A stretch of 64,000 bases of DNA from Octopus sinensis (lineage: Eukaryota): the NCBI RefSeq assembly GCF_006345805.1, contig NC_043004.1, forward strand, positions 92,132,001-92,196,000. Direction: 5' to 3'. A program made the position numbers and the translations under genes. The notes beneath the pieces are model-generated. The model saw nothing but the letters and a program-made list of their open reading frames with translations, was not told where the DNA came from and did not search any database. Below, in pieces: positions 1 through 8,919 of the stretch (the first letter of the stretch is position 1; each line of letters starts with the position of its first letter).

Positions 1-102
1 AATATATTGTTCATTAGTATAGACATCTAGTGTGATGTAGTTGTGTGGAGTACGGGATAGGATAATGTAAAGAAGTCTAGTCTGACGAAGGATTAGTAAA
101 TA

Positions 103-273
103 GGCGTAGGAGTGACTGTGTGGTAAGTAGCTTGCTTACCAACCACATGGTTCCGGGTTCAGTCCCAGTGTGTGGCATCTTGGGTAAGTGTCTTCTACTA
201 TAGCCTCGAGCCGACCAAAACCTTGTGAGTGGATTTGGTAGACGGAAACTGAAAGAAACCCGTCGTATATATG

Positions 274-355
<82 letters not shown>

Positions 356-568
356 TGTATGTTTGTGTGTCTGTGTTTGTCCCCCAACATCGCTTGACAA
401 CCGATTCTGGTGTGTTTACGTCCTCGTAATATAGCGGTTCGGCAAAAGAGACCGATAGAATAAGTACTAGGCTTACAAAGAATAAGTCCTGGTGTCGATT
501 TGCTCGACTAAAGGCGGTGCTCCAGCATGACCACAGTCAAATGACTGAATCACGTAAAAGAGTAAAAG
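103..568 (+). mobile_element. Family-A composite tRNA-derived SINE (head + internal (TA)n(TG)n + 3' module), full length with TSD
   Basis: Box A/B-like head (tgactgtgtgg ... ggttcagtccc), CORE-like 'tcttgggtaagtgtctt', internal microsatellite ~265-355, tail (gtaaaaga)n. 8-bp direct repeat agtaaata at 95-102 and 569-576. More than 10 homologous copies in the window. Confidence 0.85.
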
Positions 569-1059
569 AGTAAATATAATGTCGTGAAGTGCAAAAAAGT
601 GCTGTGTAGTGTCACGTAGAGTGGTACAGAGTTTTGGTATACTGCAACAGAAAAATGTTGTTGTTGCTGATACTGTTGTTGATAAAGATGATGATTGTGG
701 TGATGGTGATGGTAGTGAGGATACTTAGATATTGATCAGTACCTAAATCGTGAAGACATATGATCAAAGAACAGCAGTCGTGATTATCAAGTCTTTTATG
801 GGTTGCTTTTCAGAATCATTATCCAATAGTATATTTTGACATTTTTTTTTGTAAAGACTGTAGGATGTAAACTGAAGGAGAATTTGGCTGCCATTTCTAT
901 TTGATCGAGTAACCATTCAAAAATAGCGAAGTAAAATATAGTGTAGGGACTGTAATGTGACGTAGGATTGTAATCATTTATACATGAGTATACATACGTA
1001 CATACATATATATATATATATATAAATATACACGTACATATATATTTTTTTTTTTTTCA

Positions 1060-1272
1060 ATATGTGACCTCGTGAGTACCGCTGGCGATTTTTTCCCCTC
1101 TGTCTTCCCTTCTCGGGATTTTTCCTTCTCCTATGTTTCCGACGAAGAGCTCCGCTCGAAATGTTAAACCCCTCCTTCTTCCCTTCTTTCCTGAGCGTCC
1201 AATAATTTATTTGTTCCACGTCCTCGCGTTGTTGTGTTTTTTGTTTTTTTGTGTTTCTTGTTTGGATTAACT
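1060..1272 (+). mobile_element. Short non-coding element carrying a hammerhead motif, lying between (TA)n tracts (Penelope pLTR / retrozyme-like)
   Basis: ~210-bp non-simple island flanked by TA microsatellites, containing the hammerhead fold at 1135-1169. Confidence 0.5.
1135..1169 (+). ncRNA. Minimal type-I hammerhead ribozyme motif (degenerate)
   Basis: gttt-CCGACGA-a-gagc(tcc)gctc-GAAA-tgtt-aaac. Stem I is gttt/aaac and stem II is gagc/gctc. Core has U4>C, and stem III reads AAtGTT, one CpG transition from the palindrome AACGTT. Confidence 0.65.
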
Positions 1273-1273
1273 T

Positions 1274-1361
<88 letters not shown>

Positions 1362-1460
1362 CACGCATATATATATATACATATATATATTACACACACA
1401 CACAAACATACACACATACACATACAGACATATACACACACATACACATACACACACACA
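1273..1460. repeat. (TA)n/(CA)n compound microsatellite
   Basis: Direct inspection. Confidence 0.95.
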
Positions 1461-1612
1461 CGAGAGGATGGTGAAAAGTTCCTGGCTTTGGGTAAAAGAA
1501 AATACAGTTAATTATGATTTTACTCAACATATTCCCCTCTCAGGTTCACACACCTTTTAGAGCAGTTCTTCAGGCTTTTTTAAGCTTATAGGAACTCTTC
1601 AGCAACCCCTCA
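1461..1612 (+). mobile_element. Mariner-type MITE (~150 bp), inserted in a CA microsatellite
   Basis: Imperfect TIRs cgagaggatggtgaaaagttcct / aggaactcttcagcaacccctca. Internal sequence shared with the copy at 38737-38945. Confidence 0.7.
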
Positions 1613-1874
1613 CAAACACACACTCACACACACACTTACACACACACACATACACACACACACACACATCTATAAACACATAAAGTGTAGAAAATTATAA
1701 GGCTGTATAGAGAAGAAATATAGTAACATATAATACCTTGTTTCAGTATAACATGATACAGGGAAATGTATATGTGGTCTAGACAGTATGGTTGCGATGT
1801 CGTATAACATAGTGTAGTTGTTACACAGTAGCTTAAAGAAGTATTCCAAAATATTAACATTCTGTGTAATGTTA

Positions 1875-2105
1875 AGGCGGTGTGACCTAGCAGAATCGTT
1901 AGTACGGCGGGAAAATTTGCTTAGCGGCATAATTTCGTCCGTGTTTACGTTCTGTGTTCAAATTCAGTCGAGTTCGACTTTTACCTTTCATTGGTTTCGG
2001 CGCCGATAAAATAAGCACCAGTTGAACACTGGGGACGATGTAATTGAGTTACCCCCACTGACCCTCACCCCAAATTTGCTGGCTTTGTGACAAAATTTGA
2101 AACCT
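1875..2105 (+). mobile_element. Family-B tRNA-derived SINE (Nin/Deu-like central domain)
   Basis: Head 'cagaatcgttag...gttcaaattc', central 'cctttcat...gataaaataagcaccagtt...actgggg', tail 'ggctttgtgacaaaatttgaaac'. Confidence 0.8.
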
Positions 2106-2521
2106 ATATTTTGTGTAGTGTTGGTTAAATCTTCAACGACAATACGAAGCAATACAGGGCAGTGTGTTTGAGGGATACTGCAGAGAGGATACTACATAAT
2201 GTGGTCTCTTGTTGCATAAGGTGCTATATGGTAGGCTGTATACTATGTGCGTAGCGTTTGTCTACAGTTCACCGCTCTGTTTTGTATAGTGTGGGTCATG
2301 CGGTATATTGCGATATAGGATGTTCTCTTTTTGTATAGTGTTTTGTAATATGATATTTTCGTGTGGTGTATTGCAGTAGAATGTGGTATATTGTACTCTA
2401 CAATGTGATGATATTGCAATGTAGTGACTTCAATCGTAAAATGACTTGATCTGTCTACTGTGACAGCTGATTTTCTGACCTTTCATGATATGAATTTATT
2501 ACCCGTTCTTTATCTCTTGGC

Positions 2522-2571
<50 letters not shown>

Positions 2572-2745
2572 CCTTCGAAACGTGGAGTAAATGAAACTAA
2601 GGCGACTGAAGAAGGGGAATTTTCCTTGTTTTGTATGTCCTGTACTCTATTTTTTCGCTGTTTAAAAGAAATGTCCATTTCCTTGTTTTTGTGTTTATGT
2701 TTTCGTTTCTCATTGTGTTCGACGTTTTTTTTGGGGTGTCCTGTA
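2572..2745 (+). other. Short element between (TA)n tracts with both hammerhead core halves in permuted order
   Basis: ccttC-GAAA-CGT at 2572-2583 precedes CTGAAGA-AGGGG at 2606-2617; cctt recurs at 2623-2626. Confidence 0.3.
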
Positions 2746-3214
2746 CCCATATATGCATGTATATATACATGTAGAGGTAGGTACGTACATATATGTATGT
2801 ATATATGCATATGTTTTATTTATTAATTTATTATATGACGGAACGCACGCATCCATTTCTAAGTAAGATTGTTCTTAATATATATTGGTGTATATGAACG
2901 AGAACCGATTACTGTATATGAAAGAGCAAACAACTAATATCCTTCATATTCTGTTTGGAATTGAATTTAATTTGTTTCAGTTATACGGACATCAACAACA
3001 AATTACACTGCATTCTGTGTTTATGCGCGTTTTATAGTATAGTGTTGTATGTTGTACAATGTGGTAGATTGAAGTTAAGTGTGACCATTATTTTATTGTA
3101 GTATATTGCTGTGTAATGAGGCAAGTGTTGTTGGTGAATAGCTCCAGACAGCCTTGATCGAATAAACGTATTGTTAAAGGCGTCTCAACCGTGATCTTCA
3201 TGTTTTTTCAAGTG

Positions 3215-3522
3215 CAGAACTGCTAGGATATGGAGACGTAAGCAAGCCAACACCAGTAGTTAACGCTGGTAGTGGATAAACACAAGTCAAAAACAACTAC
3301 ACATAAACACAAACACAAACACACAGACACACAAGCATACACACACACACATATACCTACACAAGGCGGGTTTCTTTCAGTTTCTGTTTACCGAATCCAC
3401 TCACGTGGCTTTCTTTTCCCCGATGCTATAGTAGAGGACACTTGTCCAAAGTGCCACGCAGTGGGGCTGAACCCAAGACCACATAGTTAGGAAGCAGGCT
3501 TCAACACTGCCACGCCTGCGTC
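3215..3522 (-). mobile_element. Family-A SINE, decayed
   Basis: Reverse complement of the A head ('gtggggctgaacccaagaccacatag') and body ('ttctttcagtttctgtttaccgaatccactcac'), with a CA-type internal repeat. Confidence 0.75.
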
Positions 3523-3787
3523 TATAGTCTTTTGCCTACAGTGACATGCACAATTTTCTGGTTCCTTACTGGGATTCTCAAGCCTCTACTCAAACCTTTT
3601 CCGAACACCTCCAAAGACTTAACGACAATCGGTTAAAAACTCCACAAGCTTAAATTTATTACACTAAGCTACATCAGATTTGTCTTTATCCTTGACTTTA
3701 TCTCTCTACTTTTCATACTTATTCTTCTAGTCGTCAACCAACTGGCTGACTTGCCGGCTTGCTGGCTTCGTTATCTCGCTAGCGCAA

Positions 3788-4610
3788 GTGGGTGAGCTGG
3801 CAGAATCGTTAGCACGCCGGGTGAAATGCGTAGCCGTATTTTGTCTGCCGTTACGTTGTGAGTTCAAATTCCACCGAGGTCGACTTTGCCTTTCATCCTT
3901 TCGAGGTCGATAAATTAAGTACCAGTTACGCACTGAAGTCGATGTAATCGACTTAATCCGTTTGTCTGTCCTTGTTTGTCCCCTCTGTGTTTAACCCCTT
4001 GTGGGTAGTAAAGAAATAAAAATGGGTATTTCGTCTGCCTTTATGTTGTGAGTTCAAATTCCGTCGAGGTCCACTTTGCCTTTCATCCTTTCGGGGTCGA
4101 TTAAATAAGTACCAGTTTCGCACTGAGGTCGATATAATCAACTTAATACCTTTATCTGTCCTTGTTTGTCTCCTCTGTGTGTAGCCCTTGTGGGCAGTAA
4201 AGAAATAAGAAGCGTTAGCCTGCCGGGCGAAATGCTTGGCGGTATTTCGTCTGTGTTTACGCTCTGAGTTCAATTTGCGTCGAGGTCGACTTTGCCTTTC
4301 ATCCTTTCGAGTTCTATATATTAAGTACTAGTTGCTTACTGGGGTCGATATAATCGACTGGCCCCTCCACCAAAATTAGAGCCTTGAGCCTAGAGTAGAA
4401 AAGATTATCTCGTTAGTGCATCGGACAAGATCCTTAGCGGCATTTCTTCCGACTCATTACGTTCCGTGATTTCCCATTCCGCAGAGGTTTACTTTGTCTT
4501 TCACCCTTTAGGGTCAATGAAATAAGTGCCAGTTGAGCACTGGGCTCCGTGTAATCGACTACCCCTCTCCCTTTACAAAATTACTGGCCTTGTGCCAAAA
4601 TTTGAAACGG
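3788..4610 (+). mobile_element. Head-to-tail array of four family-B SINE units (B1, B1', B2, B3)
   Basis: Four repeats of 'gagttcaaattcc..gaggtcgactttgcctttcatcctttcg' starting near 3788, 4027, 4211 and 4430, with three distinct tail types. Confidence 0.85.
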
Positions 4611-5049
4611 TCATCTATTTTATCCTGCACTGTTTCTGACTCATCCTCTCAGACAGCTATCAACTCTACGCGTCATCGTGAACAACACATATTTCACTTT
4701 CTTGAACCGCACTTAAAATTACCTCAGTTTTACTTGTGAGATCCAGTATACAGAGCCTACGATATGTGCTTACGTTTGTGTGATATACTGTGGGGATACT
4801 ATGACATATTATATTGTAGGGTGTCTTATTGTAGCGTGGTATATTGTTGGGCAATCTGGTATACTGTTGTCCAATTTGGTGTAATGAAATATTACATTGT
4901 TTGTGTTACAGCGTGGTAATCTATTATGTAGGGATACTAAATACGACATATTCTACATCCATAGCACTATTAGTTACCTGTATATCCGTATCAAAAACAC
5001 ATCTACACACGTGCCTCATCAGCCATGAAGCGTATAGATAAATGCCAGA

Positions 5050-5200
5050 GCCGAAATACTATTGTTACTATCAGAACCGCCGATCGAAATTCTGGAACCT
5101 TACAGATCATCAAAGAGGCATTTTTCATCAAATTAAAACCTACCATCAACAAGCTACTAACAGGAGCTGAATGAAACGCACTCGTTAATTTGATCACATC
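5050..5200 (+). pseudogene. Possible Penelope-like element ORF C-terminal remnant
   Basis: Translates as ...TLQIIKEAFFIKLKPTINK..., resembling the end of PLE GIY-YIG ORFs (L.I.EA..I....P.LN). Short and degenerate. Confidence 0.4.
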
Positions 5201-5802
5201 CACCAATCACAACGCAACCCAAAACACGATTTCACTTTGTCTATTCTTTATACATCCATAGTTCTTACTAAGACTATTCTTCGTGCATTCATGGTTTTTA
5301 CTAAGAAAACGTGTAATGCAAAATACAACACTACTTCTTCAACAATGACAAACTTAAAGATTTTACAGGCCTCAGAGCCTGACAGGATCATATATTTCTT
5401 CGGTATTCCTCTCTCTATTACTAGGGGCATTTTCGCTAAAAGTATTAAAGATAGTAAAGTTTAAAATATCCCCTTTGTTCTCATTTATATTGAATTTATT
5501 TCAGACGGCATTTTCATGGCTTTATTAATCTCAGTTTATATTTCGCAATTTTTCGAGCAAACTGCGACTGGTTCTATATCACCTGAAGAATTTCCGAGTG
5601 AGTTGTATCTTAGAAATGAAGCAAAAAGTTTATCCATAAAATTACTAGAACATTGTGTGTGTGCGCGCGCGCGTGTTTGTGTGTGTGTGTGTGTTACGAA
5701 AGCAGTTAGTCCAACAAAAACAATATTTTTCTTTATTGAGATGTTGGGGACACCCAAAACTAAGTTAATGCAATTCATTATAAACCAATTATAGAGAAAA
5801 GT

Positions 5803-5807
<5 letters not shown>

Positions 5808-5858
<51 letters not shown>

Positions 5859-5875
5859 TAATGATAATTATAATA

Positions 5876-5937
<62 letters not shown>
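5808..5937. repeat. (TAA)n microsatellite
   Basis: Direct inspection. Confidence 0.95.
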
Positions 5938-5938
<1 letters not shown>

Positions 5939-6329
5939 GAATAAATAAATTAATGAAATATTAAGGGATAGTGAAATATTGATAGCGATGATGGTGAAAC
6001 AGTAAAATGTTAAAAAGAATTAAACGATAACATAAAATAAATAAATAAATAATAAAAAAGATCTATCGATAAGTAGAGCGAGGGGAGATGGTGATAATGA
6101 CATTAAAATTTATAAACTAAAAATAAGCAGATAAATTAATGAGGGACCCATAAGGGACAGCAGTGCTATTTATCTGTCCATTTATTTATCAGTATATTTC
6201 ATGTCATATTTTTGCCATTTTGTTTCTTTACTATTTATATACTATTTCATAGTCATCATGTTTGCTGTACTCTAAGTTATTTATCAGTAGTTCTATTAAT
6301 ACACCTTACTCTGCTGATTTGATGTGTAA

Positions 6330-6750
6330 TGAGCAGCGGTAGATTAGTTCTGTAGTCCCCGACGTGTTCTATATTTTCTCAGTTCAAATCCCGCCGAGTT
6401 CAACTTTGCTTTTCTTTCTATTGAGATCGTTGTTTAACCCCCATCTCGGCTCTATCAAGGAAATCTTTTATCAAAGGCGCTGCAACCACGACCATTCCTG
6501 TCTACTTTTCAAACACATTTTAAGGTGTGTGATTTAACGGAGATTTGGCCGCAACTTTTTGTAGATCGAGCGATAAAAAATTTCTCCTTCGATGATTTTT
6601 TGTTGTACCTATTGTAATATTTTGTTGGGCAACATTGTTCCCAGAAAAAGAGTAATGGGTTTATAGAATCTTTTGGAAAAATGTTTTGCAATATTTGTTG
6701 AGGCTGTATTCGTTCTGAGTTCAAATCCAACCAACGCGAACTTTGCAATA
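6330..6750 (+). mobile_element. Two decayed family-B head fragments (~6330-6425 and ~6680-6750)
   Basis: 'agttcaaatcccgccgagttcaactttgc' and 'gttctgagttcaaatccaaccaacgcgaactttgc'. Confidence 0.55.
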
Positions 6751-6799
6751 TAACCACATCCCAATATTCTAGCATAGCCACATTGCAATATCACTTCTT

Positions 6800-7133
6800 A
6801 GACCCCATTCGGTCATGAATGACCATGAGATTGCACCTAGAAAGTTACCCTCCGAGGCACAAGTCCGGGCAAGGTTGTTTATGAAAGACCAACAGTCGCC
6901 CATGCATACCGACCTCCCCTCTCCACACCACTGATGTTATCCAAGGGAAAGGCAAAGGCCGATACAGCTTGGCACCTGTGATGTCACAACTCATTTCTAC
7001 AGCTGAGTAAACTGGAGCAACGTGAAATAAAGTGTCTTGCTCAAGAACACAACACGCAGCCTGGTCTAGGAATCGAACTCACAACCTGATAATCGTAAGC
7101 TCGACGCTCTAACCACTGAGCCATGCGCCTTCA
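6800..7133 (-). mobile_element. SINE with head D + tail T1
   Basis: Reverse complement reads ggcgcatggctcagtggttagagcgtcgagcttacga...gttcgattcc (boxes A/B), then 'gtgttcttgagcaagacacttt', then tail ending 'ggtcattcatgaccgaatgggg'. Homologous to 32200-32542. Confidence 0.88.
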
Positions 7134-7279
7134 CACATTACTACACGCCTATATAACCACATTCCTATATTCTAATATCTCAATATAACTGGGTCCTTAA
7201 TATATTCCAAACCGAAACCAAGTGAGAAACAGCAGGCAGAAATAATACATAAAAGACACTATCATTGACTCGTACTCCA

Positions 7280-7760
7280 ATAGATATAGATTAACTGTGA
7301 TAGGAAAAGCTATTTGAGGTCTTTCAACCCCTAGGAGTTATGAAGAGGGAAATTTTATAAGAACAAAAACAGGGTCCGGAGCTAATGTTCCAGTAGCATC
7401 ACTAGTTGAAGCTTCGGAATTAGCTGAGAAGATGATGTCGTTCTAGGTCCCGGAAGATGATCAGGAATCCGAATGATCGACCCAGCAGCCGCGATAAGCG
7501 TTGACATTGATAGAAAGGGCATGATGTGTTTTTTTTTTTTTTCATAGCAACAACAAATCCCACTCCCTCAGAACATCGTGAGTCACTGTTCCAAAGATGG
7601 CGGATAAAGTCACCTCGTGCTCAGTTTTGAAAGCCAATATGCAGCACTCGGTCTCCTTATCCTAATTAACAGCATCACCACTACTGCATCGTCTGGAGAA
7701 AACGAAGGGGTTTGGCGTAAAAATTTCCCCAAAAGCAAATCTAATCACAACAGGAAAAAA
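7280..7760 (-). pseudogene. Possible very decayed LINE apurinic-endonuclease segment
   Basis: Minus-strand translation gives ...NSDSRCSEGVGFVVA... and a downstream TII.SA-like stretch; multiple stops and frameshifts. Confidence 0.3.
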
Positions 7761-7879
7761 TAGAGAAAAACAGCCAGTCCTCACTCATCCACAGAATAAC
7801 AATGACGATGACGACGGGAAATATAAAGAATTAAAATTCACTGTTTTCCCGTCCCATGAGATTTGCGTATATGCCAGAG

Positions 7880-8285
7880 TTGTAAGGTGACGTCTTCACA
7901 GACGTGAAAAATTCTCACTTCTGTGAAACGATAAGCAACAGCGCTGCCAAGGAGGGTTGCAAACCAGAGAGGGGTAATCGATATTTTCTGACCTATAACT
8001 TTGCTGAATATACAGTATAAGATTTGGGCCAAGCAGCTAGCAAAGAGATTGGTACTTATCGCAGGTAGTTTCATCAGAAAAGCTCATTCCGAAGAGATGT
8101 ATCTACAACAAACTTCACTTCTATACAATTCGTTGTAGAGAGAGTAGGCTACACACCTGGCTTTAATAAGGCTCTGATAAAAAGGGATCAGTCAAAAGCG
8201 TTCAATGGGATCGATCATTTCTCTTGGTAAGCTGCCTTCGTAGCAGCTAGTTTCAGTTTTGTTTTCAAACGCTGGTTTTAAACGC
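7880..8285 (+). pseudogene. L1/Tx1-clade reverse transcriptase fragment
   Basis: Translates as F*PITLLNIQYKIWAKQLAKRLVLIAGSFI...DQSKAFNGIDHF, matching the RPITLLN.DYKI.AK.LA.RL and LD..KAFDRVDH motifs. Confidence 0.7.
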
Positions 8286-8919
8286 TGCACTAGCAGCAGA
8301 AAACAAAAGAGACGATAATTATAGCAAGAACAGGCTCAGTAATAAAATCAGAAGCAACTACTACAGAAGAAGCAACAATGACCACAAGTGCAACAACAAC
8401 CACAAAAGCAACACCTACAACAGAAGAAGCAACAACAACTACAAGAGCAACAACGCAAAATAACAACAGATCCGCTTACAGATTGTTCTCTCAAAGAAAA
8501 CCTCCAAGTTTGCCCTACCTATTCCCTCATAGCAAAGCACAAACACGAACGCACATTCTAACACAAGCTCACCACTCCCCGCAACTATTATATATATTTC
8601 AGAATCAGAAGTCTCGTTCGGTGATGAAGAAGCAAGATTGTCATCTAAAGTGGTCTGTAAAAGAAGGAATACAAAGACTGGAAACCGCGTAGCTTGTTCC
8701 TATCCAAGACCATATTGTAATTTTGTTTCCTCGTTTCGCCTCGCCACTCATCAAGCAGCTTTTGTCCCCTTCTGGTTTTGAGCACTAGCTCTAGTTCTTG
8801 ACAATATATCTTCATGTTTTACATTGTAGAATTCCTAGCATATGCCGTCGCTTGTGATACTTTCCCTGATTGCCTTTATAACTTGCTAATTAGCTTCTCC
8901 TCATGCATATTCCAACAGA

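Noticed and set aside
77-1560. ORFs rich in HT/YI/CV dipeptides here and throughout the window
   Set aside because: Translations of (CA)n, (TA)n and (TG)n microsatellites inside or next to SINEs; no protein motifs.
3788-4610. CRISPR-like or other prokaryotic repeat array
   Set aside because: Units are ~200-bp SINE monomers without unique spacers; the window is eukaryotic with no cas genes.
600-4970. Recurring degenerate TGTAG/TATTG/TGTGG pentamer-like stretches (about 600-960, 1680-1870, 2110-2450, 3000-3130, 4740-4970)
   Set aside because: Looks like old decayed simple-sequence DNA; no definable unit or boundaries by eye.
4975-5030. CTGATGA...GATAC on the minus strand next to the Penelope-like fragment
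   Set aside because: GAAA is not intact and stems I and III do not pair.
8620-8770. Hammerhead-like strings (TTGATGAG...CGAAAC on minus; GAAACCGCGTA on plus)
   Set aside because: Core mutated, with no supportable stem I/II or cleavage triplet.
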